From Eledone cirrhosa (lineage: Eukaryota): a stretch of 64,000 nt of DNA. Position 1 is the first letter of the stretch. Each line of letters opens with the position of its first letter. Positions 27,501 to 40,666 of the stretch are shown in pieces. The notes below the pieces were generated by a model. It was not told where the DNA came from. It saw only the letters and a program-made list of their open reading frames with translations, and did not search any database. The stretch covers positions 13,206,001 through 13,270,000 of the forward strand of contig OZ024755.1 in NCBI GenBank assembly GCA_964016885.1, given 5' to 3'. A program made the translations under genes and the position numbers.

Positions 27501-30164
27501 TAGTAACAGCATCACAACTTAGTAACTGACAACAAATGTATTATGCCAGGAATGTAAAAACTGACATAGTACTGAATACAGAGATGTGAATGAGTGTATA
27601 CAGATGTATATATGTTTATAGGTAAGGACATATGACAGCTGGTGGGAAGTTGCTAGGATATAAACAAATACAGCACATACACGGATAGGTGCAAACATAT
27701 GCAGGATCAGCAATATACAAACATACACACAGACACACACTCTGAATAACAGGAGCAATAAGAATAATAACAACAATAATATTGATTTCTGATTTAAGCA
27801 CAAGGCCAGCAATATAGGGGAAGGAGAAAATTGAGTAAATAATTCCCAGTGCTTAAATGATCTTTATTTTATCAATCCCAGAAAGATGAAAGGCAATGTT
27901 GACCTCAGATGGATTAAAACACACAATGTAAAGAGGTGCAACTAAATGCCCTAAAGCATTTTGCCCTAACGAATTTGCCAATCAAGTGGTTAGAGTAGCT
28001 ACCTGATTAATGATAAAAAAACTGAAGTGAACCTCAACAGGTACACATGTTTTTATTGGCTGTATGACCTTCTCAAAGTATAACAATATAAATATACTCA
28101 TTTAAGGTGTACATCTCATTGTCATGTAACACAGCTCTTATACACACACGTAATACAATCTTCCTTTCATTCTGACAGAAATCTTTTGCTAGTAGAAGTA
28201 GTCGTTCCCTGAACTAACTTTTTTCATTCCGTTCTTACTCTGGCTTTTATGAATATGGTACATCTACTTCCTCTGCTTATTAACTCAAAAGAACTCATTA
28301 GTTGAGTCAGGGCCATGACAGCCTCTCTAGTATTGGTAATCCACATGATAAATGACCAACCAGTACATTTCTGTACTGTAAAGTGGTTGGTAATATAAAG
28401 GACATCTGGCCAAAGAAAACCTGCCAGACAAATATTTAGGAAATATTTTCAGATATGATAAAGGCATATAGTGTTGGTGCCACAATGAAAAGCAAGCAGT
28501 CTGGGTTGACATGTTCAACTCTTCCTAGCAGAGAAAACAGACATTAAATGTTAATGATGATGATGATATTATATGTATGTATGCATTAAATGTTAATGAT
28601 GATGATGATGATGATATATGTATGCATGTATATGTATGTTTCATTCTTGAAAAATAAACCTCATTGGTCATTCCATGAGAGCAGCCTGGTCAGCCAACCC
28701 TCATAGATATAACTATAGATATTTAAATCATAAACCCCAATGTGAAAATAAACAAGTGTAAACACATTTTTTATTTTCTTTATATACACATTTCTTTAAT
28801 GTGCTTCACAGCTGTTTGGCTGTTTGTTAGAAGACAACTTGGCAAGAACTATTAGCTGTCACTGTTTGTTAAAACACAAAACACAACTCAACTGAAAGGA
28901 TCAGTCTTATTTGTATAACATGCATGCATTTGGCAACATAAGTTGTTTAATAATAAACATTTACACAGTATAGTGTATATAAGATCACAGATAAATTTGA
29001 TGTGAAATGAACATATGAAAAAACAGTTTTGTTATACACTCATACACACATATATATATACTCATGCATACACCTACATACATACATACGTCCATCTAGG
29101 ACAGTAGCTCTGATTATAACTTACATACACACACACATAAAAATATATATGTTAGGGATAGGGTTATATCAATGAATGATAAATATATGTATGTTGGTGG
29201 GGGTGCATAGATATAGCTATATATATAATCTAAGTCTTTCTCTTGAGTGGAAAGTGTTAACATAAAATAAAATGCTTCACCTAAACATTCAAAGATACAA
29301 TTTATCACAAGGCTCGGCGAACGAACTCACGACGTGACTACCGTGCGCCCTACACCTTTAACCACTCGGCTGCACGCCTTGATATACTCACGCATACATA
29401 TGTTGTGGTTCTGTTTCTATCTAGAGATTGGATGATCACGACCATGTTACGTGATCCTATATAATCGCGACATGCTTAGTATTTACTCTCAACTTATCGT
29501 TGGAGTACTTATTCGTATTTGCAAACTAAAACGCATACATCAAGGCCAGGTTAACGAAGAAGAAAGGGTAGCCTTTGCTACGGGCCTTGCAATTTCAGCG
29601 ACCCCCACGAAAAGTTCTTTATACTATAGTACTAGACTGTCTGTAACCTTTGTCATATTTAAAAAGTAAAATTTACTTTCCCTGTATAGTATAGGCACAC
29701 CACACTAACCTAATCCAGTACTGGTGTATATATGCATACTTATATATATAACGTGCGTATATATTTATGTATATATCAATGAAAAAAAATATATATATAT
29801 ATATGTGTGTGTGTTTATATAAATATATATACATGCCTAGATATTACTATTATATACATATTTATGTATATATATATATATATGTATGTATGTATATACA
29901 CATACATATTTGATGTCACGTATATATAGATATTTATTTTAAGTATAAATACGCGCGCACACATTCAAACAATTCAGTAAACACATATATATATATCACA
30001 TATATGCATACAAATAGATATAGATATATATATTACATGTTTATATACTATATATACGAATATATAGTAAACATATATAGCGGTAAATACTATTTATTTA
30101 TATATATATATATAAATTCTTCTCATCACCTCCTCTATATTGTATTATTTAAAAAAATGTTGCT

Positions 30165-30485
30165 TTGTCTGGTCGGCCGGCTGGTCGGTGGGTCGGTCGT
30201 AACGTTCCCAAACATTATATTTTTTTAATTTTCATTTGTTATAAATATTATTCGTCGATAAAATCTTTACAAAACACTCATATAAATAAAGATTTATTTT
30301 TATTTTCAACTTTCGCCTTGAGTTGTCTCTTTTTGTTAATTGCATTGGCGGTATAGGGAAGAAAATAGTTTATAGTTAAACAAAAATAATTTCTGAAATA
30401 ACACTTTGGTAACAAGATTATTGCTAGTTTTGAAAACGAGGCTTAGCAGACGAGACGCCGAAATTACAAGTAATAAAATGGCGAC
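30165..30485 (+). promoter_or_regulatory. Probable CpG-rich promoter/5' end of the zinc-finger gene, with a YY1-type motif over the start codon
   Basis: CpG-rich; repeated GGTCGG at 30171-30198; AAAATGGCG at 30475-30483. Confidence 0.5.
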
Positions 30486-30541
30486 AGGAAAGCTGAGAGG
30501 AAAACCTTGGAAAAAGTCGAGAAGAGTCGCTGGAATCAAAG
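30478..30541 (+). CDS. C2H2 zinc-finger protein, exon 1
   Basis: aaaATGGCG start in a CpG-rich region; MATGKLRGKPWKKSRRVAGIK; phase 1 donor AAG|GTGAAT fits next exon. Confidence 0.65.
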
Positions 30542-31142
30542 GTGAATTTCGTTAAAAAGTATATATATGCAGACTTTAGTTGTTACTGAAACGATTTGAG
30601 CTTTATTTGATAGTTTTCACGTCGATTTAATAGCTTCAATGTGTTTATGTCGGCTGCTACAGGGAACTATGATAAGTTTTGCAGTTGTTTTGAGTTTTCA
30701 GATTGACTTCATTTTTCGATTGTCGATATTTCGATAAATATATTAATTTTATTCATATATATGCGCATATATGAGTATATCTACACATATTATTATGAGT
30801 TGCAATACCTGATTGTAAATTTATGTTAATATATATATTTTTACTACTTAATATATAGTTATATTTAAAAAAATTATTTCAATATATTTTTATACAACTA
30901 TATATGTTTAAGTATAAACTAGCGAGCCTGTATGTATATGTGTATATATATATTTAGATAAAATTTATATATATATTTGAAATATATGTATATTTAAACA
31001 TACATGAACATATATCTCTAGATGTAAAAAACACGTGTGTACATATGTATTTATATAAATATATATATATATATATAAACACGTGATACATTCATGCATA
31101 TATTTGAGTGCATATATATATATATATATCCATAAAACTATT

Positions 31143-31203
<61 letters not shown>

Positions 31204-33207
31204 ATGTATTCAATTTATATTAATTTTATGTGCAAATAGTATGTTTATGCATGTACGAGTAAATATAATTTTATTTAATATGCGTGTATCTGTGTATACA
31301 CCCCCTCCCCACAAGTGTATATATATATATATATATAAAGTGAAAGATATACACGTGTTTTTTTTTTGTATATATATAAAGTGAAAGATATACACGTGTT
31401 TTTTTTGTGTGTATATATATACATATATATGCACGTATGTATATATATATATAGAAGTGGTTACCTTCCAGTGTTCTACCACTATATATATATATATACT
31501 CATGTATGTGTTGCGTAGCTGTACGTATATAAGCCTGTTGCACCAATAGAATATATTGATAAATCTGGTGCTGTCTAATAGAAAAATTACACACAAACAT
31601 ATATATATTTATAAATTCTGTAGAGAATGATGTTTCCTTTCTCTTCAGAAAAAGATTTCATGCTGCTCACATATATTGAGTGCCCATTCAGTGAAAGTTT
31701 GAATATGTGGGCTCTTGTTCAGTTCAGGTAATCAAATTAGTGGGGAAGGAGGCTGCACCAAGAGCATAAAGTAAGAACAAGATGAATAAAGTTAAGAAAA
31801 TTATTACCTCTTCTGAGGTTATATGAAGACAGGCAAAGCATCTGGGATGGTGTAGCAGCATCATTGTCAGCTGTAAAGAAGACACTATACATAGGCTACT
31901 ATTGAGGCATCTGGTTGATGGACCAAGTCATGAAAATTAATCATGAATAGCTGATCTTATTTATATAAGGTAAAACACCTATAAACAACAAAGATGTACT
32001 AAACTGGCCAAAGTTACAAAAAGAAACAAATATATCTGTCTACTTCCTGTTATTTTAAAACAGTTAACTTCTTAATTTTCTTGTATTTTATATATATATA
32101 TATAAAGCACCCAGCTCTCACTGCAAACTGGTTGTTATGGTGTCACAATAAAAAGCACCCAGTCCACACTGTAAATATGGTTGGCATTAGGAAGGGTATC
32201 TATAGAAACCGGGCCAGAAACAGTTCTGTATGAGCAAGACACGGTCATCTGATCTGACTTGTCTCAAATGAGACAACTCATCTAACTCATCTAGCGTGGT
32301 AAATGAACATTAAATGACGATGATATATAACTGTTTTGGTATTCTATGTTTGTTTGGGGGTAAAAACTGCAGTTTAGTAATCAACACACTGGTTTCTTGC
32401 ATTGGCGCAATATATAGGGAAGAAGCAGTAGTTGGTACTTATTTACTTGACTGTTGACAGATGAAAAGAAAGGTGTCCCTAGTGAAATTTTTTCTGTTGG
32501 AATTGGTGTTCCATTAGTAGTTAGAATAATGTTTGTGTAAGTGCAGGTAAAAGGTTTATAATAGCTATTAAAAGCTAAACGAAGTAATGTATGTTAAATG
32601 ATTTGGGACTCGCATATATACCGTGCTTGCCTTAAAAGAATGGAGGCAATGCAGAGAGGACTCTTTAGTCTTTTAGGGCAAAAGGCAACCTCTCTACTAC
32701 TGGTGCAATGAGAAAATGCACCCTGCATACTCTGTATAGGTGGTTGCTGTTATGAAGGACATTCAGCCAGAATTAAAAAAAATAACATGCCAAAAATGAG
32801 ACATACAAGTGAGATGTAGTCCGCTGAACCATCTAGGAGGACAGTAACTTCAAATAAAAACTGACAGTGACAACTCATCCAGTCTAGCCTGTATGGAAAG
32901 CAGATGTAAAATGATGATAATGAACAGTACTCAGAATACTTTGTAAAGTGGTTGGTGTTAGCAAGAACATCCAGCCAGAGAAACTGTGTAGGAAGACAAC
33001 TTTAAATAAGGATTGACACAGACTGTGATAACCTATCTAACCCAGGTCAGCATGGAAAGCAAATGTAAAAATGATTATGTAATGTATATTTATAAATCTT
33101 CAGTTGTCTTCTATTCTGTGTTTGTGTATTTTTGCTTGTTAATGCTTTGAATAAATAGTTAGCATAGGAAATAATATTTAAAAAACTATTGATTTTCTTC
33201 ATTGCAG

Positions 33208-33368
33208 GAATCTGTGAGCCTTGTTGTAATAATGACAGACAAGAAGAAAGGATGAATGGATCAACTGTTGAACAATCTACGTACATGTCTTTGGATGTGT
33301 TAGCTCAAGTTGCTGCTGATACCTTACAAAACAGTGAAAGGTTTCAGTCGAAATTTGCACCGAAAAAG
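33208..33368 (+). CDS. C2H2 zinc-finger protein, exon 2
   Basis: GICEPCCNNDRQEERMNGSTVEQSTYMSLDVLAQVAADTLQNSERFQSKFAPKK; ttgcag acceptor, AAG|GTTTGT donor. Confidence 0.8.
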
Positions 33369-34198
33369 GTTTGTATTCGTTTATTCCATCTTCTATTTTG
33401 CCAAATTAGTAACAGTTGTGAAGGTGCATGGCTTAGTGGTTAGGGTTGTTATAATCACAGTTGTAAAGACATCAGTTTGATTCCTAGAAGTGCATCGTGT
33501 CTTTGAGCAAGATACTTTATTTTACATAACTCCAGTCTACTCACCTGGCAAAAATGAGTTCTACTTGTAATTCAAGAGGTTAAGCTTGTCATCTATGCAC
33601 CTTTAGAATGCTGAGCCACTTGCATGTTTATTTCGTGAGCAGGCTGTTCTGTTGATCAAATCAACTGGAACACTGATTGTGGGAACCAACAGTTGCATGG
33701 TTTTGCTATCTTTCACATGTGAGATTGATTTTCAGATATTTACAAGAACTTTGTAGCAAGAATGTCAACCGCTTCATCATAAATGGAAACATTTCACTAG
33801 ATCAACACGATAATGTTTTCCCCATGTGTACAAAATGTTTTCAATATCCTGCATTTTATGAAAAAAAAATTAAGGGTGTCCAAGGGGCCAATCTTTAGTT
33901 AACTACATTTTTAATGTAAGTGTGACAAAGAAGTATCTGCAACTCTGATGGAATAAATATCTCATGGTATTTTTGTTTGGTGCACTAGGCTATCAGATGG
34001 TCTTGTCAATGTGTACATTTTCACAGATACGCATATATGTATCTACATATATGACAGGCTACCTTACAGTATCCATCTAGAAAATTTTATTCACAAAGCA
34101 TAACATGTAACCTGGCGCTTCCTCTCCATTTTACATAATAAAACACATCCAGTCTATCCATGTTTTTTTTCACATATTTATTTATTTTCTAATTTTAG

Positions 34199-34454
34199 AT
34201 GTCAAAACGTAGCATCCAGTGCCTTGATATATTAAACCTGGAGCAAATCCAAATGTTGTCTGAGAAATCCTTACTGAATTTTTTCTCTGAGACGACATGC
34301 AATGAGCTGACACGCAATTTCACTTACCAGTGTTTTTTAATACCAGACAAATGCTGTGAGAAGTTTACCAGTTTCGGTAATGAGGCTAAAGCAAAGCTAC
34401 AGATTAGGCAACATTTAGCTGATCACATTCAACAGCTTTTAGATGAAGCTAATG
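34199..34454 (+). CDS. C2H2 zinc-finger protein, exon 3 (atypical finger)
   Basis: MSKRSIQCLDILNLEQ...YQCFLIPDKCCEKFTSFGNEAKAKLQIRQHLADHIQQLLDEAN; ttttag and GTATGA boundaries. Confidence 0.85.
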
Positions 34455-35276
34455 GTATGATATATATATATTTGTTTCTGTCTTCTGTACATTTGCATCT
34501 TGAATCTGTATGTATTTATGTATATATGTATGTGTGCGTTTGAATGCTCATGTGTACCACCAAGGTCAAATCTGTCATTCATCCTGTTGGAATTGATAAA
34601 TAAAATGTAAGTCCAAAGCAGTGGATTGGCAAGATTGTTAGTGCATCAGATGGAGTCCATTGTAGTATCTCTTTTGGTCATTTGTATTCTGAGTTTGCCT
34701 ATAATGACACTAGTGCCAAGCTGTATTGGCCCATGCCTTTCCCTTAGACAACATTGGAGGCATGGAGAGGCTTTTGCATGTACGAGTAACTGTTGGTCTT
34801 CCAAAACTTAACAAATAAAACGTTGCTCAGGTTTGAACCTTGGAGAGGAACTTTCTAGATGCAGGTCTAATGTCTCACAAGATATATGGAAGCCCCAGAC
34901 TACTGACCACATAGTCATAAGTTCAAATCTTACAAATTACAGTAATTGTGTTGGGGCTTTTTAGAAAGTTGCGTATGAAACAAACTTTAAGTTCCACTTC
35001 TACTTTTGTAGTAGGAAGTTCAACAGTTACTCGATCAAAAGAATCAACTCCCTACTCATGGAAACTTGGATGTAAAGCATTGAAAATATAATCCAAATTT
35101 ATCTCAATGGTGACCATCACCAGCTAACCAATCCTGGTGACAACCATAAAATATGATAACATTTCTGTGTGTGAACAACATTAGGACATAAAAGAAAAAA
35201 TTGAAACTGTAACATAGATTTTAATCAAAATATTAATGTGTTAGAGCAGTAAAGTGAATTTGAGTCTTCATAAATA

Positions 35277-36077
35277 CTGGTTGAAAATCCTTTATCCAAA
35301 ATGCTTGGGGCTGGAAGTGTTTTGGATTTTGGAATATTTGTATATTTTGTACACAGCATGTATAAAGTAGGACTGCTTTGGGGTGGAACACAAGCCTTAA
35401 CACAATGTCTATTTATATTTTATAATACAGTTTATACATATTTTCTGGATACAGTTTTATATAAATTACTTATAGCCTGAAATTAGTTTTATATATATTA
35501 CATATATACTGAAGGTAATTTTATATCATCATCATCATCATCATCACCGTTTTACGTCCGTTCTTCCACGCTAGCATGGGTTAGACGGGTTGTCCTGTTG
35601 TGGGCAGTGTCTGGTCGGCTGACCATGCCTTGCTCATACAGGAACTGATCTGGCTTGATTTCTACAGCTGGATGCCCTTCCTAACACCAACCTCATTTAC
35701 AGTGAGTGCTGGGTGCTTTTTCGTGGCGCCTACACGTCCACTTTACAGTGTGGGCTGGGTGCTTTTTTGCCGTGGCACCTCCACGACCACCTTGCGGTGG
35801 GGGGGGGGGGGGGGGGGCATATTGTTTATATGCTTCAGCATGTACCCATGGGAGGTCGGGTATTTAAATGTATTTATATGTATTACATATATCCTGAAAG
35901 TAGTTTTATATACACTGAAGGTAGTTCTATATAAAGTATATATACACTGAAGGTAGTTCTATATAAAGTATATATACACTGAAGGTAGTTCTATATAAAT
36001 TATATATACCTGAAAGTAGTTTTGTCAATCATGTCAGCTCTAGATTTTGGAATTTCAGATAAAAGATTCTTAACCTG
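35277..36077. mobile_element. Tigger/pogo-type non-autonomous element interrupted by a SINE
   Basis: TA-CTGGTTGAAAATCCTTTATCCAAAAT...ATTTCAGATAAAAGATTCTTAACCTG-TA TIRs; SINE inserted at about 35525-35800. Confidence 0.75.
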
Positions 36078-36161
36078 TATATACTATATATAATTTAAAC
36101 AGATAAAGGTATATGTGTGTGTGTCTTTTAACTGACTTCTTTTGATCATTTTCCACTGCAG

Positions 36162-36230
36162 ATACTGAGCGAAAATATAGATTCATCTTCACTGCTGAAC
36201 CAGTCCATGTTCGACAACGGAGACTATCAG
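36162..36230 (+). CDS. C2H2 zinc-finger protein, exon 4
   Basis: DTERKYRFIFTAEPVHVRQRRLS; ctgcag acceptor, CAG|GTAACA donor, 69 nt, phase 1-1. Confidence 0.8.
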
Positions 36231-37021
36231 GTAACATTTTAAAATACTTTTTAATTCTTGCTCCAATTGGGTGACAATCAAGGAATGTTGGGTACAGTGA
36301 TAGGTTGTACTGCAGATATGTTGAGATCAGTTGATTGATGTTGTGTATATGATTGCTAGTGTAGAAGCCACTTCTGAAACATGCCCTCTTCTAATGTTTG
36401 GTTCCTATCCAGAGAGTTTTCCATTCTGTTAGTATGTACTTCAGCAATTTCTGTGGGCACAGCATAGCTGAATCATTAAGAAGTTTACTTTGCAATCATA
36501 AGGTTCTGCATCTAATTTCACCTCATGGCATTTCGGTGTCATTTATCACAGTCTCAGGTTGACCCAAGCTTTGTGAGTAAAACTGGGTAGACAGAAATAT
36601 AAGTAAGATTAAAGTAAGTGCAACAGGCAGGATTTAAATTTTACAAATCAAGAGGCCTTATCATCATCATCATTTTATATTCACGATGTGATAATGGCTA
36701 GTCCAACCCTTGCTAGCAGGGAAAGTAGACATTAAACAATGATGATGCTATGGGTGATGGTGTAGTGATACTGATAGTAGTAATAGTAAGGTAGAGTTAG
36801 AGAGATAAGTAGTTGAATACAGACAAATCAGAAGGCCTCTTGTGGGCAGGTGGTAAATAGGTCAGTAAATGAAGATTTTTAGTGGTTGTAATGAGCAAGA
36901 GGCCCGATATATCCAGTTTCTATCTTCTTCACCTTTTTCTTTAACAACCATGTATGTTTTGTAATATATTACCTTTATAAAAATAATTAATATCTTTTTG
37001 TTTGCCTATCACTTATTCTAG

Positions 37022-37819
37022 AAATGGATAAAATGAAGAAGAGAAAATCAGTATGTGTAAATAGCCCTCATGTAAATAAAAATAACCAACAGAGAACGCG
37101 AACATTACGGAAAACATTCACCAGTTTAAAGGCTTCCAAAGAAATTCATTGTGAGAACAAAGTTCCAATTCAGAGTCAAAGCATATGTGACATTAATGAA
37201 ACCCAGACCTTGTCAAGGTGTACCAGATCTTGGAATAAACAAAAAGTACCAATTGAAAAGAGTGTTATACCAAATCAAAATGGTTCCTGTTCTCAAAGAA
37301 CCACAAATCAGAAGCAACAGTATCCTAAAAAACAGTTAAAAAATAAAAATCCACCTAAGTGCAACAAGCAGAACATTGTTGCCCCACTTTTAAAATCTGC
37401 TGCCAAGATGGATGTCAAAGTTGAAGATGAGAGCAGTACAAGTAGTTCGTTCCCTCATGTGGATGAGGATCCACTTCCCAGAGATGCTGCCAGAAGAATT
37501 GAAGAGAATGAACTATTTATTGTGGATTTATTAAACAGGACTCAACCCTATCTTGACCATTGCTATACAACTATATTTGGTAAAAAACGTGGCATTGAAA
37601 CCTTTCATAAGCGTCTGGATGATGAATGTGACAACATTAATAACAATAATGGTGATAATGAATATATAAACTTGGCTGAAGGTGATAAAGAGGTGTTTCC
37701 AATACTTGAGTTAAGTTTTTGTAATGATGGAGAAATTCCTCAAGTGGCACTGGAAGAAGTTGTTGATTCTCCAGATGTATTATTGGCAAGTGAAGACACA
37801 CTGGGACATTGTGGACTAA
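37022..37819 (+). CDS. C2H2 zinc-finger protein, exon 5 (long linker with DHCY motif)
   Basis: 798-nt open exon; ttctag acceptor, GTAAGT donor, phase-consistent. Confidence 0.88.
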
Positions 37820-38995
37820 GTAAGTGAATTTCTTCATTCTTTAACTCTTAACATTGTGTAATGATTTAGCATAACATATCTAAAAATGGAGTTTGTTAAT
37901 TCAAATGTTTATGGTATCTATACTAGTGGGTAGATCGTTGAGAACATTTGAAATATTAGAGTAAAGACTTTAATTTTTAATGTGGTGCTGTTTTGTACTT
38001 TGTAAGAATGTCTTACTAATGCAGTTCCATGGGATACGGGATCATCGTCAGCATCACTGTTTGAACAAACACTAAATATGCTATTATCTCCAAGATTATT
38101 TTTCCATATAAGCTGTGATATGTTTGACGTGATTACTCTGGTTATCACCCATTTTTCATGCTGGCATGTGTTGGACAGCTCATTCCAGTTCAGGCCAGTT
38201 CTTATTCAGAGTTACTGCCCTTCTAGACAAGTTGGAAGACCCATGTCTCACTCATACCTTTCATTCATGTACATTGTACATTATTTTTATTGGTGGATGG
38301 ACTTTCTAACAACAGTCACCATCATCATCATTGAACGTCCATTTTCCATGCTTGCATGGATTAGACGGCTTGTCACATTATGAGACAAGTCAGGTCCAGA
38401 GATCACGTCATGCTCATACAGATCTGTATTTTGGCTTGGTTTCTATGGCTGGATACCCTTCTTAACACCAACCTAGGTGCCTTTTATTGTGACACCAGCA
38501 CAAGAGAGGTTTTGTTCTCCACATAACTAAAAACACCTCTCTACTCCATGCTGTTTGATCACCAGCCACTCTACAGAGTGTATTAGGTGCATTTTATCAT
38601 GGTAGCAACAGTAGAAAGGTTGTCATGTCTTCTACATGGCTAAAGAATCTTATTTTTCCTATTCAAATTCTTCATTATTTTCAAAAATAATATTTGAAAA
38701 TCATATATAGTATTTTTCATTAGATATATGGTAACAAAAGGGTTGAAGTGTTTATATTTATCTTTAAAATCTTTCGTCATAATTTTATGTAAGGCCCTTT
38801 GTTAAGTTATGTTCCAAACACCAGCTTAATTATGTTAAAGTTATATTACTCAAAATTCTCGATTATTTTCAAATGTATTTAAAGATCAAAGGCAATGTTT
38901 TCATTAGAAATATGTTAAGAAAAGGGTTAAGTAAAATATATATTGATTGAGAGACTGACAATATGGTTATATATATATGTATATTATTTATGTAG

Positions 38996-39156
38996 AACCT
39001 TATCCACCAATGCCAAAATCAGCTTTAGCAAAGAAGGGTAAAATTCAAGTGCCTGAAGAAGAGGAATCATTTAGTGAAGGTGAAAAGAACACAGAAGAAA
39101 TCAATGGAAAAAAAAGTGAAGATAATGAAAATGATGTTGTTGATGATTTGGAGAGA
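38996..39156 (+). CDS. C2H2 zinc-finger protein, exon 6 (acidic)
   Basis: KPYPPMPKSALAKKGKIQVPEEEESFSEGEK...DDLER; tgtag and GTAAGT boundaries. Confidence 0.85.
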
Positions 39157-39214
39157 GTAAGTGGTTTTTCTTCCTTTATATATTTCGTATTTTCTATACA
39201 AGTGTTTTAAGGCC

Positions 39215-39650
39215 ATTTTTTTCCTAAAGCCTTGGTTAGCCTTGCAGCAGGCCCCATGGTATGCTGCTCTATTTTGCCCTATCCTGTGAATCTTCCCACA
39301 CCTACTCTTGCTTTCATTTTCTCCTCCACCATTTTTTGTCGTGTCTTTCTTGGTCTTCCCCTTCCTCTACTTCCTTCCACATTCGTTTTTCTCAATTTCC
39401 CCACAACCACCACCACCATGTTCCTCCTTCCTTAATACATAACTCAACCCTTTCATTCCATTTCTCTTCACAACATTCATCACTGACTCTATTTCCATCA
39501 CCCTCTGAAATTCATTGTTATCCTCCTCTCTCTGAATGATATTCCACTCATTCACATTTTTGTTTTTCCAGCCTTCTCTGCTGTTCAATGGTCATCATCC
39601 ATGTTTTGTTGCCATAAATTATGTCACTTCTCACACTTGTCGCATACACT
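39215..39650 (-). mobile_element. Decayed RTE-type LINE 3' end
   Basis: VEGSRGRGRPRKT motif typical of RTE ORF C-termini. Confidence 0.6.
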
Positions 39651-39778
39651 GGGGTCAATGTTATTGACTAAATGAGAGCAGTACCCCAGCATGGCAGCTG
39701 TCTAATGCATGAAACTAATAAATATGAAATACTTTCTACATTACATTAAAATATGTCTTTTCCCCACTTCTATTCCAG

Positions 39779-39914
39779 AAAACTGCTCTACATTACATCC
39801 GAGAACTCAAAGCTCGAAAGAAAGATGAAAAAATTTCCCTTACTTGTCAAATTTGTTTAAATAAAACATTCACAGCTAGTGCAACACTAATGTACCACTA
39901 CCGTAGTCATGCTG
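39779..39914 (+). CDS. C2H2 zinc-finger protein, exon 7 (finger 1)
   Basis: KTALHYIRELKARKKDEKISLTCQICLNKTFTASATLMYHYRSHA; ttccag and GTAAGT boundaries. Confidence 0.93.
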
Positions 39915-40520
39915 GTAAGTGACATTTCAGCTACATTTTACACTTTAGCATTTAAACGGCCGTATCCTGCCAGAATTCTCTCACCTCTTTCTGTTCAAAG
40001 CGGCCATAACCGGCTGCTCATACTTATGTTAAGGTATTATTCTCAAAATAAATAATATCAAAATTTTATAGATTTGATATTACGTGGGATAATTATGTGA
40101 AATAAAGTGTTTCCTATGAAAATACAATAGTAAGTATAGAATAATGTAAATGCTAAAAAGTTAATTAGTCTACACTATACAGCGGTCGTTTTGGTGCCAC
40201 AACAAAAAGTGCCAAGTCCACAAAGTGGTTTTTATTGGTGTCAAGACAAAAAGCACTTGGCCAACACTGTAAAGGGGTTGTTTTGGTGCCACGATAAAAA
40301 GCACCCATTCCACACCAGCTTAAAAGAATCATTAATAAGTATCTAAAAACTAAATGTTTAATGCCTGTAATTCTTTTGTAATATATTTTTTTAAAGTTGT
40401 ACAGTGTATATACATGTGTATGTTCTGTTTTGTATTCATATGATTTCATTTAAGGATATTCAATCTCTCTTAAATTACCTCAAACTAATGTTGTTTTTTT
40501 ATTTGCTCATATGTTTTCAG

Positions 40521-40666
40521 GGATCAAACCTTTTGTGTGCCTTCTATGTAGAACATCCTTTACCAGACAACATAGCCTCAATTATCACATGTTGATTCAT
40601 AACGACCAAAGCCGATTCACATGTAAAGATTGCGGTAGAAAATTTAGACATCCGAGCCATTTTAAG
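40521..40666 (+). CDS. C2H2 zinc-finger protein, exon 8 (fingers 2-3)
   Basis: GIKPFVCLLCRTSFTRQHSLNYHMLIHNDQSRFTCKDCGRKFRHPSHFK; tttcag and GTAACT boundaries. Confidence 0.95.

Noticed and set aside
29310-29382. tRNA gene
   Set aside because: A-box-like sequence is present but no cloverleaf or anticodon stem can be built; more likely a tRNA-derived SINE head.
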